From Candidatus Iainarchaeum sp. (GTDB lineage: Archaea; B1Sed10-29; WALL01), in the NCBI GenBank assembly GCA_023129115.1, contig JAGMCR010000017.1:18689-82688 (forward strand): a stretch of DNA of 64,000 bases, in the 5' to 3' direction. The notes under the pieces are model-generated. The model made no database searches. It was not told the DNA's origin and saw only the letters and a list, made by a program, of their open reading frames with translations. This document shows, one piece after another, positions 9,501 through 17,992 of the stretch (positions are counted from its first letter, which is position 1; the number at the start of each line of letters is the position of its first letter). Made by a program: the position numbers and the translations under genes.

Positions 9501-10112
9501 GGGTTTGGCGGCGTGCTCGTCCACAACAGCGAGCGCGGCGTCCGCGAGATATTCCGCAAGGCCCGCCTCGCGGCTCCCGTGGTAATCCTGTTCGACGAGA
9601 TTGACGCGCTCGCGCCGAAGCGGGGGATGCACAGCGGCTCTGTGGTCACCGAGACCGTCGTGAACCAATTGCTGACCGAGCTGGACGGCATCGAGGAGCT
9701 GAAGGACGTCGTGATTCTCGCGACGTCGAACCGGCCCGACATAGTGGACCCGAGCCTGCTGAGGCCGGGGCGCTTCGACCGCATGATTTTCGTGCCCGCG
9801 CCTGACGAGGAGTCGCGCCTCGCTGTCTTCGAGGTGCACACCAAAAAAATGCCGCTCGCGAAGGACGTGAAGCTCAAGGAGCTCTCCGAGGCCACACAAG
9901 GATTCTCGGGCGCGGACATCGAGGGGGTGTGCCGCGAGGCCGCGATGAACGCATTGCGCCGCGACAAGAAGTCCAAGGAAGTCACGAAAAAGGACTTCGC
10001 CGGCGCGCTGAAGGCAGCGAGGCCATCAATCCAGGAAGAGGACCTGAAGCGCTACCGCGGGTTCATGGAAGAGCACAAGTCGAGCATCGACACCGCGAGC
10101 TACATCGGCTAA
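6573..10112 (+). CDS. cdc48: CDC48/VCP AAA+ ATPase carrying an in-frame intein in the D2 domain
   Basis: N-terminal CDC48 domain, D1 Walker A GPPGTGKT and D2 Walker A GPPGSGKT. The extein is interrupted between KWVGE and [13 protein letters not shown]. Confidence 0.9.
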   Translation: MFSVKETKLKVQEAMQNDVGRGIVRIDSETRDALGLTSGDIVKVNGKTETAGVVWQCYPQDEGLKIIRMDGLIRQNAGVGIGDYVTIEKTDPKPASKITLAPTQPVRFSPGFESYVQKRLIGRPLAKGDRVLVGVFGTSLVMVATKTTPKGFVQITQETQIELKTEPIKEVIGVPQVTYEDIGGLKDEVHKVREMIEIPLKHPELFERLGIEPPKGVLLHGPPGTGKTLLAKAVANESDANFISIQGPEIVSKFVGEAEERLRQIFKQAEENAPTIIFIDEIDAIAPKRGEVHGEVEKRIVAQLLASMDGLQARGNVVVIAATNRVNAIDEALRRPGRFDREIELGVPDRKGRKEILQIHTRNMPLDGVDLDRMADITHGYVGADVQSLAKEAAMKTLRRLIPKMNLEGEDGIPAEVLENLRVTKDDFMNAFREVQPSALREVLVEVPNVRWGDVGGLDTVKKQLREAIEWPIKDPKMFTRLGIRPPKGLFLFGPPGSGKTLLAKAVATESESNFIVVKGPELLSKWVGESLPFDEEVLVIRDGLLEREEIGKLVESSGGDGVMAPTVTDSLKAKNSKIIDFIRHPAPPYVDVLVTETGRKVRVTGGHSVFVKGGNGLEEVVAEEVKPGETRIAVPMKLKPVGSVVEINLLDRLQKTKYALFVKNGQKLVKKAIEKVGAAEAARILGKERKNIHAYAKRAALPVDSFVMLMDHAAIKYNPRDLVISSRYRKHELPAVLKMDKDFGTFLGLWVAEGSYLSYGVRISTSDSELPVVKRLCKKLFKNLTIYEKPDSRGRDVIISSLPLKAVLEEVLKLRGGAKNKRMPTEVLSAPLPAVSGFLRGYFGGDGYFSGKYVEASTVSQDLANDVMIALQYFGIVARCREKKEWTGSTSYRVRFLWTGFLKKFAEEIGFLYGSKNKLLNAYLKNIKLKRVLQAPSQHMDGDVYWDLVVEKTRELYEHPYVYDIGVNPTHRFIAGFGGVLVHNSERGVREIFRKARLAAPVVILFDEIDALAPKRGMHSGSVVTETVVNQLLTELDGIEELKDVVILATSNRPDIVDPSLLRPGRFDRMIFVPAPDEESRLAVFEVHTKKMPLAKDVKLKELSEATQGFSGADIEGVCREAAMNALRRDKKSKEVTKKDFAGALKAARPSIQEEDLKRYRGFMEEHKSSIDTASYIG
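8163..9527 (+). mobile_element. intein (455 aa) with a LAGLIDADG homing-endonuclease domain inside cdc48
   Basis: Starts with Ser1 (SLPFDEE...), ends with ...VLVHN followed by +1 Ser. LAGLIDADG-like blocks [10 protein letters not shown] and [12 protein letters not shown] are present, and the extein is reconstituted precisely. Confidence 0.8.
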
Positions 10113-10693
10113 GTCAAGTACGGCAGCAACAAGTAGCCAGCCGCTGCAATCGCCAGGAACCAGACAAGCGGGTTCCACTGCAATACTTTGTTGCCGTCCA
10201 GCGGCGGGAATGGGATCAGGTTGAAGGCGGCCAGGAAAAAGTTTATGTACGCCCCCCAGTCCCCGACAACCGAGACGAGCGTGTTGCTGGAATAACTCAA
10301 GGCAAGGAACACCACTCCCACGGCCAGGTTGATTACCGGCCCCGTGACCGCGATTAGGCCGGACTCCCGGAGGGTGAGCCTCTTGCCGCCAATCATGACC
10401 GCGCCAGGAGCCGCGAAAATCAGGCGCCCCCCGGTCATTATCGCCATTCCCAAAGCGAGAGCCAGTCCCTGCCACCACATCTTGAAGAAAGCGATGCACC
10501 CGAACTTCTTTGCAACCCACCTGTGGCCCAGCTCGTGGAAGATGAACCCCGTGCCCAGCGTGAGGAGTATGATGGGGAAGCTCGTGGTCAACGCGGGGAG
10601 GAGGCCGTGCGTGTACACGGACGCCATCGAAAACGCGAGGCTAAGCGTGACCCACGAAATCAGTATCTGGATTAGCTCGCTGTTTTGCATCAA
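10109..10693 (-). CDS. site-2 protease family (M50) intramembrane metalloprotease
   Basis: HELGH zinc motif within a TM helix, [10 protein letters not shown] (LDG motif), six TM segments. Confidence 0.7.
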   Translation of the reverse strand: MMQNSELIQILISWVTLSLAFSMASVYTHGLLPALTTSFPIILLTLGTGFIFHELGHRWVAKKFGCIAFFKMWWQGLALALGMAIMTGGRLIFAAPGAVMIGGKRLTLRESGLIAVTGPVINLAVGVVFLALSYSSNTLVSVVGDWGAYINFFLAAFNLIPFPPLDGNKVLQWNPLVWFLAIAAAGYLLLPYLT

Positions 10694-10744
10694 CCCTTAA
10701 ATACGAGTTAACACAATAAATAACTTACTAAAGGGGGAGAGAGA

Positions 10745-10921
10745 ATGAGTAAAGACCTTTGGAAAGACAGTGCTGCGCAAGTGTCCATGGAACTGATTGT
10801 GGTGCTTGCCGCAGTCCTCGCCGTAGCGCTGCTGGCTGTTTCGTCCCTACGGGACACGGCAGCGGACGCCGAGAAAATCGGCGGAAAAACCGCCAAAAAA
10901 ATCATGAAGGAGCTGAAATGA
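10745..10921 (+). CDS. pilin-like protein with a class III (archaeal type IV pilin) signal peptide, 58 aa; absent from the ORF track because it is under 60 aa
   Basis: MSKDLWKDSAAQ|VSMELIVVLAAVLAV: short charged leader, then Q, then a hydrophobic helix with Glu at +5. A GGAG-type RBS precedes it, and its TGA overlaps the next ATG. Confidence 0.55.
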   Translation: MSKDLWKDSAAQVSMELIVVLAAVLAVALLAVSSLRDTAADAEKIGGKTAKKIMKELK

Positions 10922-11104
10922 ATGGGGAGAGGAATTCTTGAGGACAACCGCGGGCAAGTGTCGGCAGAGCTCATCGTCATCATCGCCGCTTTGATGGCAA
11001 TGGCGCTGTTCTTCGTCGGCAACCTCCAACAAACGGTGAAAAACTCCAGCGAGACCATGAACGCGAAGACCAGCGAAGTCCTGAAGAAAATCGAAGACTG
11101 GTGA
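10922..11104 (+). CDS. pilin-like protein with a class III signal peptide (60 aa)
   Basis: MGRGILEDNRGQ|VSAELIVIIAALMA, i.e. the RGQ motif with E at +5. Confidence 0.6.
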   Translation: MGRGILEDNRGQVSAELIVIIAALMAMALFFVGNLQQTVKNSSETMNAKTSEVLKKIEDW

Positions 11105-11478
11105 CTGCAATGCGGGGCCAGGTATCGCTCGAGTTCATGGTAGTGCTAGCCGTTTTCCTGGCGGCCCTGGGGGTCTGGCTCGCCGGGGTAGGCAACGCCA
11201 GCCACGCCATCGACGCAGCGCTCGGCGCGAAGCAGGCCGAGCTCGCCGCGGAGCGCCTCGCCTCCACAATCAACGCGGTGTGCGTCATGGGCGACGGCAA
11301 CTCGCTGGACGTGGAAGTGATAATCCCGGGAGAGGCAGAGCTTACCGAGGGCATGTCGCTGCACTGGAACAACAAGACGTTCAAAAAACTCGTTTACTGC
11401 GGGTCCGAGGGCCTAACGCTTTCCGGGAGACAAAAGCTCACTGTCACGAACGACAACGGCTTCATACGCATAGCGTGA
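11101..11478 (+). CDS. pilin-like protein with a class III signal peptide (125 aa)
   Basis: MTAMRGQ|VSLEFMVVLAVFLAAL; overlaps the previous stop (ATGA). Confidence 0.6.
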   Translation: MTAMRGQVSLEFMVVLAVFLAALGVWLAGVGNASHAIDAALGAKQAELAAERLASTINAVCVMGDGNSLDVEVIIPGEAELTEGMSLHWNNKTFKKLVYCGSEGLTLSGRQKLTVTNDNGFIRIA

Positions 11479-11800
11479 ACACGACTTTCTCGTAGTCCAG
11501 CCCGGGCGTCACCGCGGTGCGCGTGACCGACGCGCACTTTTCGCCAGCACCTGCCCGGCCAATCTTTTCCCGCAGCGCCGCAAGGCACGTCGAGTTGTGC
11601 TCGCACTTCTTTTTCATCGCAATTTGCGCGTAGTCGCCGGCCTGCTTGTACAGCACGACGTCGCTGTAGTCCTCCATCGTGATGGACGAGAGCGCTGTGA
11701 TGAACGCCGCGAAGCAAAGCACTGCCACCAATGCCTCGAGGCTGAACACGAACCCCCTACCAGACCGCCAGCACACCGACTTCACCCCCCTCTTCGCCAA
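11462..11800 (-). CDS. putative pilin-like protein (N-terminal class III-like signal RSGRGFVFSLEALVAV)
   Basis: Convergent with the + strand pilin genes. Hydrophobic N-terminal helix after a basic leader with E at +5/+6. The start codon is uncertain; a GTG start is possible. Confidence 0.4.
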   Translation of the reverse strand: MAKRGVKSVCWRSGRGFVFSLEALVAVLCFAAFITALSSITMEDYSDVVLYKQAGDYAQIAMKKKCEHNSTCLAALREKIGRAGAGEKCASVTRTAVTPGLDYEKVVFTLCV

Positions 11801-12155
11801 GGAACACGAGCCGCTTCACAACAAGTTTCGCCCCCTCCTCGGGGGGTGGCATCGAGTTGATGCCACCCCCCAATTCCCTGTCGCCAGAAATGCTGTAGTT
11901 GCCGTGGCAGTACTCTGCCTCCTGCCCGAGCTTGGCGGTGTCGATTGTCTGCGGCACCACCCTGCCCACGCTTCTGTCGAACTGGGCGAGGCACTTCGGG
12001 TCATTTATCAGGCGGTCGCTCGCGGCGATGAGCCTCGCCTGCCCCTCTGCGGTGGAGTGCATGCCCAGTGTGGAGCCAACCACCAAGTGCGTCCACAGGA
12101 GGCACATCTGCACCAGCAGCAGCACGAGGAAGAACGCTATGGAAGCGTCAATCAT
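11757..12155 (-). CDS. putative pilin-like / membrane-anchored small protein
   Basis: Internal Met of ORF 11757-12308 (the upstream Arg-rich extension looks spurious). It begins MIDASIAFFLVLLLV, preceded in frame by RGQAW. Confidence 0.35.
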   Translation of the reverse strand: MIDASIAFFLVLLLVQMCLLWTHLVVGSTLGMHSTAEGQARLIAASDRLINDPKCLAQFDRSVGRVVPQTIDTAKLGQEAEYCHGNYSISGDRELGGGINSMPPPEEGAKLVVKRLVFLGEEGGEVGVLAVW

Positions 12156-12399
12156 CCAGGCCTGCCCCCTGCTCGCCAATGTACCACCTCCCGTACGACG
12201 GGAACACGCTGGAGTTGGCCGACCTGCCCTTGCCGAGCGCGGCGACCGCCTGCTCCTGGACCGCGCGCGTGCCCCTTTCCATCCTCTCGCGCAGCGCCTC
12301 GCCCCCAAGCCCTTCGGCTGCCCGGGAGTGCGCGTCCATGACGATTGCCACGATGGCGAGGACCATCATCACGGCCACCATTGCCTCAAGCGTATTCAT
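12148..12399 (-). CDS. putative pilin-like small protein (83 aa)
   Basis: N-terminus MNTLEAMVAVMMVLAIVAIV resembles a processed type IV pilin N-terminal helix with E at +5. Confidence 0.35.
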   Translation of the reverse strand: MNTLEAMVAVMMVLAIVAIVMDAHSRAAEGLGGEALRERMERGTRAVQEQAVAALGKGRSANSSVFPSYGRWYIGEQGAGLDD

Positions 12400-12856
12400 G
12401 GCTGCACCCCCTTGGGATTAAGTAAATGCCTTTGCTGCTCCCAACAGTGATTGTCGCGCCAATCGCCTCGTGCTCGTCGCCGTGCACCACGACAATCTTG
12501 TTCGGCAATACCTTGATGTCGGGCTCGAACCCTTGCGGCGGCTCGCCCAGCAATTTTTGGTATTCAGGGCCATGCGTATGGCCGTACCACGGCTCGGCCC
12601 CGATGGCCCGCATCTCGCTGGCCCACTCGCCCAGCGCTTTTCCAACGGCTTTTTCGCCGCGCGGCGCAGAGTATTCCACGGTGCGCCAGAACGATTCCTC
12701 AAAGTCCTGCTCCTTCACCGTGATTGCCTGCTGCTCGAGAAAAAACTGTTTTGTCTGCCTTATCCCTGCTGCCTCGCGCTGGTACAGGCCGAGCGCATGG
12801 AACGCAGTAGGCACAAAGGACAGCAGTACCAAAAATGCTACGATGCCTCTCCTCAT
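12386..12856 (-). CDS. secreted hypothetical protein (Sec signal peptide)
   Basis: Start at MRRGIVAFLVLLSFVPTAFHA, preceded by GGAG. The longer ORF to 13084 has an implausible N-terminus. Confidence 0.5.
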   Translation of the reverse strand: MRRGIVAFLVLLSFVPTAFHALGLYQREAAGIRQTKQFFLEQQAITVKEQDFEESFWRTVEYSAPRGEKAVGKALGEWASEMRAIGAEPWYGHTHGPEYQKLLGEPPQGFEPDIKVLPNKIVVVHGDEHEAIGATITVGSSKGIYLIPRGCSHEYA

Positions 12857-12987
12857 CTCCCTCTCCCCACTTATTGTTTGGGGGGAGCAGGCATTTATCG
12901 CTTTCGGTCTGTGGAGTACTTTTCTGCCAGCCCCTAACCCGTTTTGGCTATAAAAGCCTTTTATTCCAAACCGCACAATAGCTAAGC

Positions 12988-13431
12988 GTGTTGTTCCGTA
13001 ACCCTTCAAAGGAGGACCTGCAAGCCATTGCTGCTTTGCAGAATGAGGCATTTCCCGATTCCGCTTTTTCTGAAGAAGAAACAATAAACATAGTCTCAGC
13101 CATCTTCAATCGTTCCACTCCCCGGACATCGTTTGTGGCCATGGAGAACGATAAAATGGCTGGGGTTGTCCTCGCCGAGTTCAGGGAGTGGTGGTACCCC
13201 CCTAATCTTGGCTACGTTTACGCGCTTGCAGTTCACCCAGACCACCAAGGAAAAGGCTTGGGCAAGGAGCTGCTGGAAAAAACCATAAACACGTTCAAGT
13301 CCATGAACGCAACAAAAGTAGAAATCGCGTGCGAAGCCAAGAACGAGAAGGCCCTCAATCTCTACAAGAAGCGCGGCTTCCTTCCAGACCACTTCCTCCT
13401 CCACCTCCCACTTACAGAAAAGAAGGAGTGA
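12988..13431 (+). CDS. GNAT family N-acetyltransferase (GTG start)
   Basis: Acetyl-CoA binding motif HQGKGLGKELLE and a C-terminal NLYKKRGF. Confidence 0.8.
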   Translation: MLFRNPSKEDLQAIAALQNEAFPDSAFSEEETINIVSAIFNRSTPRTSFVAMENDKMAGVVLAEFREWWYPPNLGYVYALAVHPDHQGKGLGKELLEKTINTFKSMNATKVEIACEAKNEKALNLYKKRGFLPDHFLLHLPLTEKKE

Positions 13432-13550
13432 TTGTGCAAAACCCCCGGATTAATGTGCAGGCCCTATTAATATGCAAAGCCAACCCCCCCGAAAACCTTT
13501 TTAAGCAAAGCCCTTCATAATAGCCCCCACAACCCAAGCAACCGCTTATT

Positions 13551-14372
13551 TTGTGGATTCACATGGAGCTTGAGCATCTAAAGCAAGAACGGGACAAGCT
13601 TAACACCGAGACCCAAAAGCTGAGGACAGAGTCCAAAGAGACGACCAGCCGCGTCAAGAGGCTCCGCCTGTCGCTGAAGGACGCCAAGGCCAAGCGCGAC
13701 GAGGAGAACAAGCTGGTCCAGGAGTTCAAGCAAAAGCGCGACGAGGTCAACAAGAAAATCAAGGCACACATCTCGGCGCTGAACAAGTTCCAGGAAGACC
13801 TCGCCAAGCTCAAGGCCAGTTCCGGGCCAATGCACCAGACGCGCAAGGAATTGGAGCGCCTGGAGTGGAAGGTCCAGACCGAAGTCCTCGACGTCAAGCA
13901 GGAGGAAAAGATCGCGAGGCGCATCGCCGAGCTGGAGGAAGCGTGCGCGGCGAGCGCGGAGTTCAACGAAAAAAGGAAGCAGCTCCGCAAAATCACTTCC
14001 GAGCTGGACGACCTCCGCAAGGAGGCGCAGGCCTATCACGAGGTAATGCTCCAGCACGCGAAGGACTCCGAGCGATACCACGACGACGTCAAGAAGGCAT
14101 ACGAGCAAATCAAGAAGCTCGAGCCCGAGTTCAAGGAAGTCCAGCAGAAGGTCGCGCTCGCGCGGCGCGAGGCGGACGAGGCGCACAAGACCTACCTCGA
14201 CAAGTACAAGAGCATCAAGGGCGCCGAAAAATTCGAGCAGGAAAAAGTCCATAAGAAGAAGGCCAGGGCTATGAGGGCAGAGGCCAACGACTTGATGAAG
14301 GCGTTCAAGGAAGGCAAGAAGCTCACCACGGACGAGCTCATGATTATCCAGGGATACGGTGGCTCAAAGTGA
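13551..14372 (+). CDS. archaeal coiled-coil protein (COG1340-like)
   Basis: 273 aa, almost entirely heptad-like charged coiled coil. The start could instead be at MELEHL (13563). Confidence 0.55.
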   Translation: MWIHMELEHLKQERDKLNTETQKLRTESKETTSRVKRLRLSLKDAKAKRDEENKLVQEFKQKRDEVNKKIKAHISALNKFQEDLAKLKASSGPMHQTRKELERLEWKVQTEVLDVKQEEKIARRIAELEEACAASAEFNEKRKQLRKITSELDDLRKEAQAYHEVMLQHAKDSERYHDDVKKAYEQIKKLEPEFKEVQQKVALARREADEAHKTYLDKYKSIKGAEKFEQEKVHKKKARAMRAEANDLMKAFKEGKKLTTDELMIIQGYGGSK

Positions 14373-14446
14373 AAACAGCCCTTTTTCTGTTACAGCCTTA
14401 CGGCTGAACAGTGGAAAAGCGCTGGCGGAAAAACAGGTGGTAAGGA

Positions 14447-14668
14447 ATGAAGACGTACTTGACCTTGTGGTACAGCAGCGAGGGCGACAGCCCCATCGAA
14501 GTCGGGAAAAAGCTCAACGCCCTCGGCTTTGTCGACCAGCAGGGCAACTACGACTTCTCGTACTCATGGGACAAGAGGCCCCCGGTCGACGAATTGCTCC
14601 GCCTCGGCAACCTAATCCAGAAAAAGCTCCACGGCTCAAAAGCAGTCTTCAAGATGGAAACTATATAA
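14447..14668 (+). CDS. small hypothetical protein (73 aa)
   Basis: Reasonable amino-acid composition, whereas the overlapping 137-aa ORF is Arg/Pro-rich. Confidence 0.35.
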   Translation: MKTYLTLWYSSEGDSPIEVGKKLNALGFVDQQGNYDFSYSWDKRPPVDELLRLGNLIQKKLHGSKAVFKMETI

Positions 14669-15278
14669 GCTCCCTCATTCTTTCCGCTGCTTTTACTGTC
14701 TCAGCCACGAGTGTATACTTCTGTGGCAGAGCCGCAGCCAACTCCCCCAAGTCAATCGACTCGTCGAAGTGAATGTACGGCTTCTCCACGAGCCCCAGCA
14801 CGCGCTCGATTGCTATTTCCCCCTCGCGCTGGACGATTGCCGGCAAATTAACCACGGGCACTATCCCCACCTGTTCCGCGAGCTCCAGCACGTCGTCCAG
14901 CGAGCCAACCTGCGACTGCCTTGGCTGGGTCTCGATGCCGAGCGGCACGCTCGTCTTCTTCATTATTTCGCGGCAGTTCCTGGCGAGCGCCTCCATCGCC
15001 TCGCCCGGCTCCTGCTTCGAGTAAAACCCGGCGCGCGTGACGACGATGTCGGCGTTCAGCTTCCTCGCGACTTCCGCGGCTCCCAGTATCCTGTTGATTG
15101 CGTCGTCCACTTTCTGCAGCTTCGGGCTCGTGAGCGTCACGTAGTAGGGCGCGTGCACCCCGAAGCGCGGGCCGCTGTGCTTCCACTCCGGGTCGTAGCT
15201 AACGCTTTTCTCGAACTGGATTTCGACGTAGTCCCACTCCGGCGCTACGTCCCCTGGGGCGAGGCAGACTCCCAGCAT
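14661..15278 (-). CDS. xylose-isomerase-like TIM-barrel protein (AP endonuclease family 2 / sugar-phosphate isomerase-like); N-terminus uncertain
   Basis: GVHAPYY, IVPVVN and PYIHFD motifs. Start placed at MLGVCL (15278) to avoid an antisense overlap with the + strand gene at 15333; the track ORF extends to 15473. Confidence 0.5.
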   Translation of the reverse strand: MLGVCLAPGDVAPEWDYVEIQFEKSVSYDPEWKHSGPRFGVHAPYYVTLTSPKLQKVDDAINRILGAAEVARKLNADIVVTRAGFYSKQEPGEAMEALARNCREIMKKTSVPLGIETQPRQSQVGSLDDVLELAEQVGIVPVVNLPAIVQREGEIAIERVLGLVEKPYIHFDESIDLGELAAALPQKYTLVAETVKAAERMRELI

Positions 15279-15295
15279 CACCCCTGTTTGGGGGG

Positions 15296-15312
15296 GAAAA
15301 GGTTTATAAGCT
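15296..15312. promoter_or_regulatory. bidirectional TATA element (aaaggTTTATAAgctg) between divergent leaderless genes
   Basis: Near-palindromic TATA lying 23 nt from the ATG at 15333 and about 25 nt from the minus-strand start at 15278. Confidence 0.4.
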
Positions 15313-15332
15313 GCGGGGGAGTGTATCTCGCT

Positions 15333-15614
15333 ATGCAGGACGACGAGCTGGCACTTAAGCTTGTGGAGCTTTACGTCACAGAAGTATCCAAGGGCCACGA
15401 GAAGAGGCAGATGGGCCTGGACACTCTGCTGAACGCTTATTTCTACGCACTGCTCCGCATCACGCGCAAGCACAAGGAGACCGCCGCGCTCTCCAAGGCA
15501 GTCGAGCGCGAGGAAGAAGTGCTCGAGGACGAGTACAAGCCCGAGGTCGAGACAGAAGGCGGCAAAGAGCCCTACAAGGAAAAGGGCGAGGGCGACGAGT
15601 TCAAGTTCGACTAG
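15333..15614 (+). CDS. small protein with an acidic C-terminal tail (93 aa)
   Basis: Only the 3' part of track ORF 14769-15614 (the remainder is antisense to the TIM-barrel gene). It has its own TATA and ends ...EGGKEPYKEKGEGDEFKFD. Confidence 0.4.
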   Translation: MQDDELALKLVELYVTEVSKGHEKRQMGLDTLLNAYFYALLRITRKHKETAALSKAVEREEEVLEDEYKPEVETEGGKEPYKEKGEGDEFKFD

Positions 15615-16729
15615 ACCAAAATCCTAATCACGTCGCCATTTTTTAACTCGTAGTCCTTGCCAACCCGCTTCTTCGTCCGCGCGTCAACCGCGCCAACAAA
15701 CTTCTCCCCAATCTCAGTGTGCACCCTGTACGCCAAGTCCAATGCCGTGCTCCCCTTTGGCACGAGGTACGCGTCCGGCAGCACACGGCCCTTCTTGTCC
15801 GTCAATTTGTTCTCGTCCTCCACAGGATAAACCACAATCAAATCCAATAGCCCGTAAGCCGCCCCGTCAATCGCCTTCTGCACGCCCGTGCTCCCGAACT
15901 TCGCGAGCAATGACTTGATGAAGTCCAGCGCCTTCTTCTGCTTCTCCGGCACTTCACTCCCAACATCAAAACTGGCGTCCCCCGGCGAGTAAGAAATAAG
16001 ATTACTTTCGTTGGCGCGGCGCAAGGCCAGCTCCGCTTCCGCGCAGCAAGCCACTGCATTGTCCAGCCGCTTAATATTCTCTTCCGACTCGGGCAGGTCC
16101 ATCTTGTTCGCCGCCACAAGAATCGGCTTCCGCACTTTCTTCACGACCTCGAGCAGCTGCTTTTCTGTCGCGTTGCTGTCCACCCCCAACTCCTTGACCG
16201 CTTTTTTCACGTCCTCTTCCCGCACCTTCAGGCCGCTGAGCTGCTCGTGCACCGCCTGCCACGGCTTCACTGTCTTCATTTCTATCTTGCGCTTCAGCGA
16301 GTCCCACTTGTCCATGAGTATGCCAAGCATCCACTGCTCAATCTCGTCCTCGAGAAACTCGACGTCCTTGACAGGATCACCGTTCCCGGGATTCCCCTCA
16401 GTGTCGCTCCTCCCGCTCGCGTCGACAACGTGAATAAGCGCGTCCGCGTCCGCCAAGTCCGACAAAAACTGGTTGCCCATTCCCTTGCCCTCGTGCGCCC
16501 CAGGCACGAGCCCCGCGACATCAACCATCGCAATCGGCACAAGCCTCTTCCCGTCGCAATGCTCCACTCCCAACTCCTTGCAAGGGCACTTGGCCCGCAC
16601 AACCGCAGTCCCGCGGTTCGGCTTAATCGTCGTAAAGGGATAAGCGGCCATCTCCGCCTCTGTGAGACAAGCTGCGTTAAGGAACGTGGTCTTGCCCGCG
16701 TTTGGAGAGCCAACAACACCGATTTTCAT
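15611..16729 (-). CDS. Obg-like GTPase (YchF/Ygr210 family) with a C-terminal TGS domain
   Basis: G1 motif GSPNAGKTT, G3 DVAGLV, G4 NKMD, and a C-terminal TGS-like region (GDVIRI). Confidence 0.85.
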   Translation of the reverse strand: MKIGVVGSPNAGKTTFLNAACLTEAEMAAYPFTTIKPNRGTAVVRAKCPCKELGVEHCDGKRLVPIAMVDVAGLVPGAHEGKGMGNQFLSDLADADALIHVVDASGRSDTEGNPGNGDPVKDVEFLEDEIEQWMLGILMDKWDSLKRKIEMKTVKPWQAVHEQLSGLKVREEDVKKAVKELGVDSNATEKQLLEVVKKVRKPILVAANKMDLPESEENIKRLDNAVACCAEAELALRRANESNLISYSPGDASFDVGSEVPEKQKKALDFIKSLLAKFGSTGVQKAIDGAAYGLLDLIVVYPVEDENKLTDKKGRVLPDAYLVPKGSTALDLAYRVHTEIGEKFVGAVDARTKKRVGKDYELKNGDVIRILV

Positions 16730-16783
16730 GCCCTCTTCTTTTGCAGCTGAATGTTTTTAAACATGGCTATACACTGTTTACGC

Positions 16784-17992
16784 ATGGCCTGGGCAGAGGA
16801 TTTCGCCCCACAAACGCTCAAGGAAGTCGCGGGCAACCCCAGCGCAGTCGAAGACATCGAGAGCTGGGCCAAGCGCCCGAAGGGCGCACTCTTGCTCGCC
16901 GGCCCGCCAGGCTCCGGCAAAACCGCCGCAGCCATCGCCCTCGCCGCGGACATGGACTGGGAGCTATTCGAATTGAACGCGAGCGACCTGCGCAGCAAAA
17001 AAGTCCTGGAAAAAGTCGCGGGCCTCGCCAGCGTGTCCGCCACATTCTCCGGGAAAAAGCGCATGATTCTCTTCGACGAAATCGACGGCCTGTTCCGCGT
17101 GGACTACGGCGGCGCAGGCGCAGTGCTCAACATCATCCGCAACTCGGCGTGCCCAATCGTCTTGACGGCGAACGACGAGTACGCCAAAAACATTTCTTCC
17201 ATCCGAAAGGAATCCAAGGTGGTCAAGTTCAAGAAAGTCCATTACGCCACCATCAAGCACGTCCTCGAAAAAATATGCAAAGAAAAAAAGGTCTCTTGCG
17301 ACGCCAAGGCCCTCGAGACAATCGCGAAGGCGAACCACGGCGACCTCAAGGCCGCAATCAACGACCTGCAGGCGCTCGCCGTCGGGAAGCGAGCCCTGCA
17401 CGAGGACGACGTGCTTTTGTCCGACCGCGACAGGGAGGGCAGCATCTTCAGCGCCATGCTCACGGTCTTCAAGACCACTCACTACGAAAAGGCCAAGGCC
17501 GCGTTTGATTCGGTCCAAGAAGACCCAGACCTGTTCATGAAGTGGGTGGACGAGAACATCCCACGCGAGTACAAGGAGCCCGAGGACCTCGCCAACGCCT
17601 TCAACGCCTTGTCCCGCGCGGACTTCTACGCGGCGGGCATCTACCGCCGGCAGAACTGGTCGCTCATGAAGTTCCAGATAGCGATGATGACTGCGGGAGT
17701 CGCCATGGCCAAGAAGGAAAAGTACCACGGCTTCACCTCGTACCAGTTCCCAACGTTCATCCGCAAGCTCTTTGCCACGAAAGGAAAGCGCGCCGCGAGA
17801 AAAAGCGCGGCAAAGAAAATCGGCCACGAAATCCACGCGAGCCCCCACGAAGTCCTCACAGACCACTGGCCGTACCTCCGCCTCCTCGCCAAGAAAAACC
17901 CGGCCGGCTACGCAGAGACCTTCGGCCTCGACGAAAAAGAACTGCAGTCCCTAGGCGTGACCGAGGCGGCCGCGAGGAAGGCGGTGAAATGA
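16784..17992 (+). CDS. rfcL: replication factor C large subunit
   Basis: MAWAEDFAPQTLKEVAGNPS followed by Walker A GPPGSGKT and a DEID Walker B motif. A TTTTAAA box lies 24-30 nt upstream of this ATG; the track ORF starts at 16751. Confidence 0.85.
   Translation: MAWAEDFAPQTLKEVAGNPSAVEDIESWAKRPKGALLLAGPPGSGKTAAAIALAADMDWELFELNASDLRSKKVLEKVAGLASVSATFSGKKRMILFDEIDGLFRVDYGGAGAVLNIIRNSACPIVLTANDEYAKNISSIRKESKVVKFKKVHYATIKHVLEKICKEKKVSCDAKALETIAKANHGDLKAAINDLQALAVGKRALHEDDVLLSDRDREGSIFSAMLTVFKTTHYEKAKAAFDSVQEDPDLFMKWVDENIPREYKEPEDLANAFNALSRADFYAAGIYRRQNWSLMKFQIAMMTAGVAMAKKEKYHGFTSYQFPTFIRKLFATKGKRAARKSAAKKIGHEIHASPHEVLTDHWPYLRLLAKKNPAGYAETFGLDEKELQSLGVTEAAARKAVK

Noticed and set aside
10708-11058. 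116-aa minus-strand ORF over the pilin genes
   Set aside because: Antisense to three + strand ORFs that carry canonical class III signal peptides and RBS plus overlapping stop-start codons.
11679-12450. Plus-strand ORFs 11679-12341, 11899-12450 and 12068-12421
   Set aside because: Arg/Pro/Ala-rich translations without motifs, antisense to the minus-strand pilin-like genes. They are kept only as noise.
16702-17508. 268-aa + ORF and other long ORFs overlapping rfcL (16964-17866 minus, 17542-17988 plus)
   Set aside because: Arg-rich alternative frames of the RFC large-subunit gene. RFC has clear Walker motifs in the chosen frame.
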